DNA from: Armatimonadota bacterium
Lineage (GTDB): Bacteria > Armatimonadota > UBA5829 > DSUL01
DNA: 31,933 nt
Direction: 5' to 3'
Assembly: GCA_039811685.1 (NCBI GenBank)
Contig: JBDHZC010000013.1
Coordinates: 1-31,933 of the forward strand
Made by a program: the position numbers and the translations under genes. Positions 1 through 8,443 of this stretch are shown piece after piece. Numbering within the stretch: the stretch's first letter is position 1; every line of letters begins with the position of its first letter. Below the pieces are notes generated by a model. It searched no databases and had not been told where the DNA came from. It worked only from the letters and a program-made list of their open reading frames with translations.

Positions 1-63
1 GGCTAAAAAGCCGTTCCGGCTAAAAAGCCGTTCCGGCTAAAAAGCCGCTTCGGCTAAAAAGCC
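1..63. repeat. 17-bp tandem repeat GGCTAAAAAGCCGTTCC, about 3.7 copies, probably truncated by the window edge
   Basis: Units at 1-17 and 18-34 are identical, 35-51 ends GCTTC, and 52-63 is partial. Each unit contains the inverted repeat GGCT-AAAA-AGCC. Confidence 0.9.
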
Positions 64-87
64 CCTCCATCGAATTTTGCGTTACCT

Positions 88-116
88 ATCGTACCCAAAG
101 GCCGACCGTTTGTCAA
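88..116 (-). promoter_or_regulatory. Sigma70-type promoter firing leftward out of the window
   Basis: The minus strand reads TTGACA-17 nt-TACGAT. Confidence 0.65.
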
Positions 117-253
117 AGCGCAGAAATCCGATTTGCGGATATGTAATTTGCCCGAAACCCTGTTGAAATAATCACCTGCTACGATAGAAAAGCGCTTCTG
201 ACTGCTGAGCGCAAGTTACGGCTTTATCTGAGTCACACAGGGGGTTATCGAAA

Positions 254-931
254 GTGCAAAACGCACGCTTGGCTTACGCTATCGTGATACTGTTTTCCAT
301 TGGCCGCGCTGCCCATTCCACTCCATCCACGCTTGTATGGATTCCGTCAACGGACATCCAGGCTGAGCGAGTCTGGCACGTAGGAGTTGACAACATCTTT
401 TCGCCTGGCTCATCTGCGAATGACTTTACAGACTACGGGCTGACCTATGGGGCTGCGAGGGGTCTTGAAGTCGGAATAGACTATTGGACCGACACAGACA
501 AGCCGTGGGTCTTCAACGTGAAATACCGTCTCCTGGAAGAGAGTGCAACCCGTCCATCTGCGGTCGTCGGGGTCTATAATCTTGCCTGCGACACAAGCTC
601 CAACCCGAATGCCCAGAACGTTGTCTATGCGCTTCTTAGCAAAACCTTCAACGGAACTCGCGTCACTGCGGGTTACGGGTGGGGACGCAAAGCGGCTCTT
701 CTGCGCGGTGAGAAAATGGTTATGCTGGGTGTCGACCGGCAGCTCAGCCGGAAGTGGTGGGGTGGAATAGACTTTCAGGGCGGCAAGAGTGCGCTGGGAG
801 CTCTGAATGCAGGCGTGGCGTACAAGTTTGCGGACAATGCAAGCCTACTCCTGGCCTATGACTGGTACAACAACAGCTCTATCAAAGACACCATTAGCGT
901 GCAACTGGATGTTGACATATCCAAGTGGTAG
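254..931 (+). CDS. Putative outer-membrane beta-barrel protein (YjbH-like/porin-like), 225 aa
   Basis: Signal peptide (LAYAIVILFSIGRAAHS), alternating hydrophobic beta-strand pattern throughout, C-terminal ISVQLDVDISKW ending in an aromatic residue. Confidence 0.65.
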   Translation: MQNARLAYAIVILFSIGRAAHSTPSTLVWIPSTDIQAERVWHVGVDNIFSPGSSANDFTDYGLTYGAARGLEVGIDYWTDTDKPWVFNVKYRLLEESATRPSAVVGVYNLACDTSSNPNAQNVVYALLSKTFNGTRVTAGYGWGRKAALLRGEKMVMLGVDRQLSRKWWGGIDFQGGKSALGALNAGVAYKFADNASLLLAYDWYNNSSIKDTISVQLDVDISKW

Positions 932-952
932 CGGACGCCGATTCCACGCGGA

Positions 953-970
953 GGCGGCTGTTTGGCCGCC
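953..970. terminator. Hairpin between convergent genes, possible terminator
   Basis: GGCGGC-TGTTTG-GCCGCC lies between the stops at 931 (+) and 989 (-). There is no strong U-tract. Confidence 0.3.
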
Positions 971-988
971 CAGCTTTCGTTCGGGATG

Positions 989-1972
989 TCAGCGCTTTCT
1001 CGCGTCCTCTTCCGCGCTGACAGAGTTTTCCCGGGCGAAGTCAATAGCGCGTGAGAATCTGAACTCACCCGCCTGACCTGTCATCTTGCCAATTAGCGCC
1101 TTGTCGCACGACCTGAGCTGACAGCTCACGGATTTGCCGGGCGCGAGGTTGAACGCGCACGTCTGAGGCGCATCCTGCGATGACGCTGAAGATACTTCGA
1201 GCGTCCCTTTTGCCGTGCGCGAGTCGTAGTTCGTGATCACCACCTGGCAGGCGTTGTGCGAGTCTCCCTGATACTGCAGGTCCACTCTTATCGGCAGTAT
1301 CCAGCCAAAGTGCTTCGCCTTCATGTCAGAGGCCATCTTGTACTTCTGAATATCTCCGCGCAGCCGCTCCAGATCAGCCAGCAGGTCTTTCGCAGACGTT
1401 ACGATGTCCTTAGGGGCTACATAGGCCGTTGTCACGGGCGCCTCCGGAGCGCGCCCGTCCTCTACCAGGGAAATAAAGGCGGTGCGGGATCTCAGGTCCT
1501 GCCCGGAGATGCCGCGTGCCCAGGAGTGGGCGTCTCGAAACTCGGCGGGAAACGGCCAGTTAGTCGGGTCCGCAATCATAATGTGAGACGCTTCCGAGAG
1601 CAGCGGTATCAATGTGTCAACTGTGTGACGTGTCTTTTCATCGAGCATACCGCCAGCGATCTTGATTGGCACACCCTGGCTCAACTTCTCCTTGCTGAAG
1701 TTGCCAACGTAGTCTCCAGAAGAGTAGATGTCGTAGGAGTCTTTGACGAGACCGTTGACCTTCATCAGAGCTGTTACGGGCGCAAAACCGGTGTTGCTGA
1801 TAGCGAATCTAAGCTCCGCTCCTTTGTTCGTGGCAGTGGCTGCTTCGCTCAGTGGCGGCTGGGCTGAAATAGTGAGTTTTGTGGCGTCAACGATCACTTC
1901 TGGAGGCGCGGCCAGCAATGCCTGACTCAGCGTCAGCGCTGTCAGTGTGCAGGTAAAAAGCATACGTTTCAC
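989..1972 (-). CDS. Secreted hypothetical protein, 327 aa
   Basis: Long ORF with Sec signal MKRMLFTCTLTALTLSQALLA and GGAGGA SD upstream. No family recognised. Confidence 0.7.
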   Translation of the reverse strand: MKRMLFTCTLTALTLSQALLAAPPEVIVDATKLTISAQPPLSEAATATNKGAELRFAISNTGFAPVTALMKVNGLVKDSYDIYSSGDYVGNFSKEKLSQGVPIKIAGGMLDEKTRHTVDTLIPLLSEASHIMIADPTNWPFPAEFRDAHSWARGISGQDLRSRTAFISLVEDGRAPEAPVTTAYVAPKDIVTSAKDLLADLERLRGDIQKYKMASDMKAKHFGWILPIRVDLQYQGDSHNACQVVITNYDSRTAKGTLEVSSASSQDAPQTCAFNLAPGKSVSCQLRSCDKALIGKMTGQAGEFRFSRAIDFARENSVSAEEDARKR

Positions 1973-2265
1973 TGTGAGTCTGTTGTCCTCCGGAAGTCTG
2001 CCGTATCGTAGCTGAATGCGACAGAAGATTCTGCAGTTGATCGGTTACGGCAAGCCGTTTTTACGGGCGCCAATATTCTCAGATACTGGCGCATGCGCCG
2101 GGCGCGGCCGGTGTTGAGCTAGCGCCAATGCACTATAATGATAGTACCGATGATGCGGCATCTTCAAGGCCTGGCCGCCAATACTATTAGACTGTCCAAC
2201 CGTTTCATCGGTTGCCGGTCGTTTTTCGGTCATGTCGGTCCGAGTGCACGGGAAAGGAGCCGGGC

Positions 2266-2979
2266 GTGACGCACGGTAGCGAGTCTCTTCACGTTGTCGC
2301 CGTTGGCGCGCACATTCACGACGCCGAGGTCATGGCAGGCGCAATTCTTGCCGGCTATGTCAAGGCAGGTCACCGTGCTACCATCATTCACGCCACTCCA
2401 GGTGAAAAAGGGCATCCGTCCATGTCTCCAGCGGACTACGAACCGATCAAGCTGGATGAGGCCCGGCGATCCGCCGCTCGACTGGGTGCTGACGTTCGTT
2501 TTATGCCGTACAAAGACGCTGAACTTCCTCTGACAGAAGAAGTCAAATGGGAAGTCGCCGATCTTTTTCGCGAACTCCGGCCGGATATCGTCCTGACACA
2601 TTGGCGAGGCAGCTTTCATCCGGATCACTACAACACGCATGTGCTGGTCGTAGATGCGGCTACACGAGCCGCTGATGACTCCGTGCGCCGCTTCCATCCT
2701 CCACATGCTATTAGACAGCTTTTCTTTCCCGAGAACTGGGAGGATATGACCGGCTTCGTCCCCGACATACTCCTCGACGTGACGGGCTCTTATGACATAT
2801 GGCACGACGCAATGATGGAGCACGGCCTGTTCCGAGGGGAAGTGTCTTCGTTTCGGTATGGCGAATACTATAGAGGCCTGAGCGCTGCGCGCGGAGCTCT
2901 GGCCCGGTGTGAGCGCGCGGTAGCTTTGATGCGGCCCCGTTTCGCTACAACTCAGTGTGAGAGTCTGCTGCGCCCCTAA
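2266..2979 (+). CDS. PIG-L/LmbE family N-acetyl-sugar deacetylase
   Basis: Motifs GAHIHDAE, T-x-GEKG, RPDIVLTH and HPDH. GTG at 2266 follows the GAAAGGAG SD; the ORF track starts upstream at 2212. Confidence 0.85.
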   Translation: MTHGSESLHVVAVGAHIHDAEVMAGAILAGYVKAGHRATIIHATPGEKGHPSMSPADYEPIKLDEARRSAARLGADVRFMPYKDAELPLTEEVKWEVADLFRELRPDIVLTHWRGSFHPDHYNTHVLVVDAATRAADDSVRRFHPPHAIRQLFFPENWEDMTGFVPDILLDVTGSYDIWHDAMMEHGLFRGEVSSFRYGEYYRGLSAARGALARCERAVALMRPRFATTQCESLLRP

Positions 2980-3023
2980 CTCAACTGCGCCGGGAGAGTA
3001 TGGGGTTAGAAAGGAAGATTGAA

Positions 3024-3731
3024 ATGTCAGACAGTGTGATTGATTTAGTCGATCATCAAGTTCGACGGGCGGAGCTTGCTCAGAAGCGCTTTCTCGAGGA
3101 TGGACGCGTTGAACCAAAGCAGCCGGGTCCAGTTGTGACGATCTCTCGGGAGCTTGGCAGTGGAGGCCGGCTGGTTGCTAGAGCGCTGGCGGATATGTTG
3201 GACTTCAGCCACTGGGATAGTGAGCTCGTGGAGCAGATTGCCGCGGACGCAAATGTCGGTGAACGTCTTGTGAAGGCTCTGGATGAACACGTTGTGAGCG
3301 AAACAGAGGTGCTGGTACGCCACGTTGCCGGTGAGCCGAGAATTGGCGGCTTTCTCTATAAGCGGCAGCTTACGCGCACATTGCTTCACATTGCGCGTAT
3401 CGGAAGCGCCGTGATTTTGGGGCGCGGAGCAAACTTCGTCCTGCCGCAGGCCGTAAACGTGAGGGTAGTGGCAAGTCGCGCGCTCAGATCCCACAACATG
3501 GTTCAATTTGAAGGCGTGACGCGTCACGAGGCAGAGCGCAGACTGGACGCATCCGACCGTGAACGGGCTGCCTATACGCGCAGCCTGTGGGGCCGGGATT
3601 GGGCTGACCCGCTTCTCTACGATCTTGTTATCCGGATGGATGAGTTTACCGCAGATCAGGCAGCCGGTCTCATAGCCCGAGCCGTAGAGGTGCGCTTCCC
3701 GTCAGGCAAGACTAACGTTGCGACGTCGTAA
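3024..3731 (+). CDS. Cytidylate kinase-like family protein
   Basis: Motifs VVTISRELGSGG, AVILGRGANFVL and SDRERAAY...DPLLYDLVI. ATG at 3024 follows AAGGA. Confidence 0.85.
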   Translation: MSDSVIDLVDHQVRRAELAQKRFLEDGRVEPKQPGPVVTISRELGSGGRLVARALADMLDFSHWDSELVEQIAADANVGERLVKALDEHVVSETEVLVRHVAGEPRIGGFLYKRQLTRTLLHIARIGSAVILGRGANFVLPQAVNVRVVASRALRSHNMVQFEGVTRHEAERRLDASDRERAAYTRSLWGRDWADPLLYDLVIRMDEFTADQAAGLIARAVEVRFPSGKTNVATS

Positions 3732-3826
3732 TCGTGGGCTGGCAATTTGCTGCTATGTGTTATCGGTCCGGCAGGCGTGTCACAGCGCGATGAGAGGATT
3801 CAGAGCTCATTAGGGCGACACTGAAG

Positions 3827-6748
3827 TTGTGCGGCGCCTGGGCGCTCTCACTGGCCTGGGCGCTGGTGCTCTCAGGCGCGGCGTCCAATCTGAACGCTGC
3901 GTCTGAGCGCCCTGGTCTCGGCTCGGGAGTGTTTGCGCCAACGGGCAATCCTTCGTTGGACGACGCTGCGATGCAGGCGGCTGGCGAAGAGTTTCAGCGC
4001 TCACTGGAGGTCGAGGCTACAGCCAGTCTGCGCAGCGCTCTCAATCCCCGGCGGACTGTTTCACTCGATGGAAAGTGGGAGTTTCGAAGGCAGGGGGATT
4101 TAGCGTGGAACAGCGTTCTGGTTCCGGGCAGCTTGCAGGCACAGATTCCGTCTGTGCGCCAGCAGTCTGTGAGCGGAGAATACCGCCGCCGTATCAGAGT
4201 CCCTGTGACCTGGTCTGGCGATCCCTGGCTTGTCGTTGGCGCTGCTGATTACGCGGCTCGCATAACGGTGAATGACCGCTACGTTGGCTTTCACGAGGGC
4301 GGATATACGCCGTTTGCCTTCAACCTCGCGCCGTTTGTTCGCGCTGGTGACGATGCGCTGATTCTCATTCAGATTGAAGATTCTTCTTCCAGAAGCTCTG
4401 CTGCTGGTTACCCTTATGCCGAGATTCCTCACGGCGCTCAGTCTCTCTACGGCGATGTGAGTGGATTGTGGCAGTCCGTCAGACTGGAGGAGAGAAACGC
4501 GACCTTTATCAAGTCGGCACGTGCGTCTTCAGATATCGATTCTTCATCTGTTGCGGTGGTGGTGGATCTTGCGCAGACGCCACCGCCAGGCGGCGGGTAT
4601 CTTCTGGCGCAAGTCTCGGGACAGGGTTCTTCGGCTCCGGTTGCTCAGGGGCGGGTTGCGCTGTCGTCCGCGCTCCGTTACCAGATTCGACTTCCCATCA
4701 TGCGGCCCCAACTCTGGTCGCCAGACAGTCCCTATCTTTACACCCTCAACCTTTCGTTGGTTACCGACGAAGGCGTATCCATCGATGAGTTTGCGGACCG
4801 TTTCGGGATGCGCAAAATTGAAGCGCGCTCAGGGAAGATTACACTCAATGGAAAGCCGTTGTTTTTGTCCGGAGCGCTGGACGACGGTTACTACCCGACT
4901 ACGGACTACACCGTCCCTTCTGAGGCTTTTCTGCGCGATGAGTTCACGAAGGCGAAGCGGCTGGGACTGAACCTTCTGAGATGTCATCTGAAAGCGCCCG
5001 ATCCACTCTACCTGCAGCTTGCGGATGAGATGGGCCTGCTCGTCTGGTACGATCTGCCCAACGTCGATACCTTCACTCCCAAATCCCGCGCGCGCCTCGT
5101 GGAGACCCTCAAAGGCTTGAGTGAGCGGGACGCGAATCACGCGTCGCTGATTTGTGTCCGACTCATCAGTGACTCACGAGGACTCGATCTCACTCAGCCA
5201 GTCCAGCGGCAGTGGTTAAAGGATGTCTATGATCTTGCGAAAAAGCTGTATTCAGACCGTCTCGTAATCGACAATTCCGCTGGATCACGAAACTTCCATC
5301 TCAAGACCGATATCGCCAGCTTTGAGACGAGTGTTTCGTTTCCGCAGACGGCCAGGACGTGGTCTGACTGGTTGACCGAATTTGCGGCGCGTCCGTCGTG
5401 GCTGTTTTCTCCCTACGGCGACAGCGTTTCCACGGGTGAGGAACCGCTTCTGGTCTCGGGAGTTGGAACCTGGGGACTGCCGGACCTGACTTCCGTGCGA
5501 GATTGCTTCGGCGGTGAGTTGCCCTGGTGGTTCTCTTCAGGAGCGGGCTCACCGGGCTCAAGTGGTGTCGAGGAACGGTTCTCGAAGCTGGGACTGACCT
5601 CAGAGTATTCTGACTTTGGCCGCCTTGCGCGCGCGACTCAGGACGTGCAACTCCTGGCGTACAAGTTCTGTGTCGAGGAGATTCGAAGCCACTCCGCCAT
5701 CAGCGGCTATGTCTGGGGGCGTCTCGCGGACATTCAGGACCAATCTGACGGTCTCCTGGACGTATGTCGAAACCTGAAAGTGAGCGCGCGAGTTCTGCCA
5801 ATCGCCCAGAAAGAAAGAAGTGTCGTTGTCCGGCCGGATCGGCGCAGTGTTCGCGAAGGGGAGCTTTTCAATGTCCGTGCGATGCTGTCCAACCATGGAG
5901 CGCAGATCCCGGAGGGCACTCGGGTGGAATGTCAACTGGAAGGCTTCCCGGGTTCCAGAGTGACAGTTGCTGTTTCAGGCGGTGGTGGCGAGACTCTGGA
6001 CCAGCCGGTATTTGGTGTAACTGCCCCGCAGGTGACAACGGCGCGAAGTGTTCGTGTCCAGGTTCGCTGGATGGCAGCGGAGACTCTTCTTGCCCAGAGT
6101 TATGAGGATATTCGCGCATTTCCGGCCAAAGACCCGCCAATACCACTGCGCATCAGGCTCGAATCTGACCTGCCATTCCGAGACGATGTTCTGAAATGGC
6201 TCTCGACGCTGAATGCCGTTGAGGCCACAAGCAAGCTCGATACCGATCTGATTGTCTGTTCTCATTCCTCTCCAGATATAGAGGCGTCGTTGAGAGAAGG
6301 TGGCCGTGTCTTGATGTTTGCGGAGAAGCCAGACGCTTTGGGATCGCTGCTTCCGGACTTCAAGCTCGCTCCTGTTACGGAGAGCGCTTCGCCGGAGCAT
6401 TCGGAGTTTTTCTGGTTTCGTAGGAACCAGATGACGCAGGCAATCCCGATGCGCAGTCAGATGCAGGACTGGGGATGGGCTGCTCTGCTTCCTGAGCTTG
6501 GCATTCAGGGACTGACGGATTCTGCGGATTGGAGTAACGCTGACTCAGGTGTCTTTTCGGACTGGATCGCTCATCCACAGGCTGTAATTCTGCGAGCAGG
6601 CAACAGAGATCACCGTCTTATTGTCTGCACCATGCCTCTGTTACGCTCCATCGGCTCGGATCCTCTGGCGCAGGCCACTGTGGCCGGGATGATTCGCACG
6701 CTTTCCTCTCCCACCTTCACAGTTGCCGGAGAGCGTCCGCTGTTCTGA
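3827..6748 (+). CDS. Secreted glycoside hydrolase family 2 (beta-galactosidase/glucuronidase-like) protein with apparently substituted catalytic residues
   Basis: SLDGKWEF, GAADY, HEGGYTPF, SGLWQSVRLE, LWSPDSPYLY, FGMRKIE, GLNLLRCH and ADEMGLLVW, plus an N-terminal signal-like segment. The exact start is uncertain. Confidence 0.85.
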   Translation: MCGAWALSLAWALVLSGAASNLNAASERPGLGSGVFAPTGNPSLDDAAMQAAGEEFQRSLEVEATASLRSALNPRRTVSLDGKWEFRRQGDLAWNSVLVPGSLQAQIPSVRQQSVSGEYRRRIRVPVTWSGDPWLVVGAADYAARITVNDRYVGFHEGGYTPFAFNLAPFVRAGDDALILIQIEDSSSRSSAAGYPYAEIPHGAQSLYGDVSGLWQSVRLEERNATFIKSARASSDIDSSSVAVVVDLAQTPPPGGGYLLAQVSGQGSSAPVAQGRVALSSALRYQIRLPIMRPQLWSPDSPYLYTLNLSLVTDEGVSIDEFADRFGMRKIEARSGKITLNGKPLFLSGALDDGYYPTTDYTVPSEAFLRDEFTKAKRLGLNLLRCHLKAPDPLYLQLADEMGLLVWYDLPNVDTFTPKSRARLVETLKGLSERDANHASLICVRLISDSRGLDLTQPVQRQWLKDVYDLAKKLYSDRLVIDNSAGSRNFHLKTDIASFETSVSFPQTARTWSDWLTEFAARPSWLFSPYGDSVSTGEEPLLVSGVGTWGLPDLTSVRDCFGGELPWWFSSGAGSPGSSGVEERFSKLGLTSEYSDFGRLARATQDVQLLAYKFCVEEIRSHSAISGYVWGRLADIQDQSDGLLDVCRNLKVSARVLPIAQKERSVVVRPDRRSVREGELFNVRAMLSNHGAQIPEGTRVECQLEGFPGSRVTVAVSGGGGETLDQPVFGVTAPQVTTARSVRVQVRWMAAETLLAQSYEDIRAFPAKDPPIPLRIRLESDLPFRDDVLKWLSTLNAVEATSKLDTDLIVCSHSSPDIEASLREGGRVLMFAEKPDALGSLLPDFKLAPVTESASPEHSEFFWFRRNQMTQAIPMRSQMQDWGWAALLPELGIQGLTDSADWSNADSGVFSDWIAHPQAVILRAGNRDHRLIVCTMPLLRSIGSDPLAQATVAGMIRTLSSPTFTVAGERPLF

Positions 6749-6763
6749 TCCTCTTTATCGTCG

Positions 6764-8443
6764 TCAGCTGGGTAGAGTAAAGGCAATCCCGAAGCTGAAA
6801 TTGCGGTAGCGGTTCTGATAGCCAAAGCGTGGTTCAAAACAGTGCATACGCTTTGCGAACTGCACAGTCCAGTCATAAATTCCGCCAGTCTGCAGGTCAA
6901 AGTCAACTGTCAGGCTCGCCCACGTGCGGCCAAACGCGCCCTCGACACGTGTTGACAGCTTCTCTCGGATATCCACATCGTCAAACTCAAGCGGGGATTT
7001 CCCGGAGACTGAGTGCCGGATATAAGTCAGGGCTCCGAAATAGCGCGGCGTAATCTGTCTGCCGACAGACAAACTCCCGGCCAGAATCTTCTGCTGGCGG
7101 CTGTCAGAATAACTGGAGTAGCGGGCCAGGATGGCCGGCTCCAGCTTCCAGCGATCGCCAATTCCGGTCTTGAGCCGCGCCGTCGCCCGCACATCAAATC
7201 GTCCGATGAAGCCTTGGTCGTCGTTCTCACGAAATCGTCCGTAGCTGCTCTGCAGGTCAAGCATCAACGGATTCCCCTTGCCGGAGATTCGCGCAGCAGG
7301 CACATCCAGGAGACGTACGCCGACTTCGGGGAGTCTGTCCAGAGCAAGAAATCTTGCGCTGGGGTCAAAAACGCGCTCATTCCACGCCGCTCGTGCAAAA
7401 AGCTGTGATTTCATTGCGGGAATCGTCGGCTCTGTGTCCTGTGTTTCCAAAGGTTGCCTGGTCTGCAGGTTGAGATGCGGTCTGGCAGCGCGCCCGGAAA
7501 GCAGTTTCATATCCATTAGATCCGACAGTACATCTGGGGTGATATCGGGGGAACTGTTGTCTCTGGGAGCTGTCAGAGACCTTTGCACTTCCACAACACC
7601 CTGCACGCCACTGCGTTGTGTCAGCCTGCCCGTCACGGCTGAGGCTGTCGTCCACGGAGTACTGAACGGATACCGGAATCGAAGATAGCCACCATCTCGT
7701 CCGTCATAGCCTGGGGTGGGCAGGAGGAAGGCGCTGGGTGGGCGGTGCAGCTGGAACCGGTACTTTGGGAACGAGAAAAGCTTCGTGTCGCCAATCCACA
7801 CACCCATTCCGCTCGCCACAGCGTAGCTTTCTCCGTGTACCTCAATGCGCCTGGCGCCAACTGACCAGTGGGGTCGCGGCAGGTTGCAGGTGGAGGCTCG
7901 TGTGTGCAGGGCAACCGTTATCTCATCCGGCTCGAGCACTACCTCCCGGCCGGAGATGAAGTACACGCCGTACTGACCGCGCGCGTTTTCGAGACGGCCT
8001 GTCTTTTTCTCTGTGTTGTACACACCCGCCTGAGCGTGCAGCGTATTATTGTCCTGTTGGACGCTGAAAGAGCCGGGAACACGCCATTCGTTAGTGAGAA
8101 GGTTTCCCTCCACGCGGTCAGGCGCTTCAAACGCCGAGCCGTCCTGACGAACTGTGACGTTGCCGGTGGCGGTCAGGCGGCGCTCGCGCAGGTCAGCGTC
8201 CGCCTGGTCGGCTTTCACTTCCAGTCCCTCAGATGTGATGGTGATACCGCCAGATGCGCGCAGATGCTCAGCGGTCAGCATCTCCAGAAGCGGAGCCGTG
8301 ATGAGGTACGTTGGTGGTGCGTTCTCGGGCGAGGCAGGCGTCGTCGATGCGTCCACTTCAGGTGCGCTCGCCCCACTTATTGCTGACGCGAGCGCAAATG
8401 CCAGAGCGCACGCCAGGGCACAAGCCACGCTGCGCCACTTCAT
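6764..8443 (-). CDS. lptD: LPS-assembly protein LptD/OstA-like outer membrane protein
   Basis: Signal peptide, OstA beta-jellyroll motifs (ATGNVTV, STCNLPRPHWSVGARRI), P-x-GYDGRDG junction and a beta-barrel C-terminus. Shorter than proteobacterial LptD. Confidence 0.65.
   Translation of the reverse strand: MKWRSVACALACALAFALASAISGASAPEVDASTTPASPENAPPTYLITAPLLEMLTAEHLRASGGITITSEGLEVKADQADADLRERRLTATGNVTVRQDGSAFEAPDRVEGNLLTNEWRVPGSFSVQQDNNTLHAQAGVYNTEKKTGRLENARGQYGVYFISGREVVLEPDEITVALHTRASTCNLPRPHWSVGARRIEVHGESYAVASGMGVWIGDTKLFSFPKYRFQLHRPPSAFLLPTPGYDGRDGGYLRFRYPFSTPWTTASAVTGRLTQRSGVQGVVEVQRSLTAPRDNSSPDITPDVLSDLMDMKLLSGRAARPHLNLQTRQPLETQDTEPTIPAMKSQLFARAAWNERVFDPSARFLALDRLPEVGVRLLDVPAARISGKGNPLMLDLQSSYGRFRENDDQGFIGRFDVRATARLKTGIGDRWKLEPAILARYSSYSDSRQQKILAGSLSVGRQITPRYFGALTYIRHSVSGKSPLEFDDVDIREKLSTRVEGAFGRTWASLTVDFDLQTGGIYDWTVQFAKRMHCFEPRFGYQNRYRNFSFGIAFTLPS

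Noticed and set aside
2230..3117. Long antisense or alternate-frame ORFs (also 1256-1867, 17920-18870, 22789-23403)
   Set aside because: Shadow ORFs opposite well-supported genes in GC-rich DNA, with no recognisable motifs.
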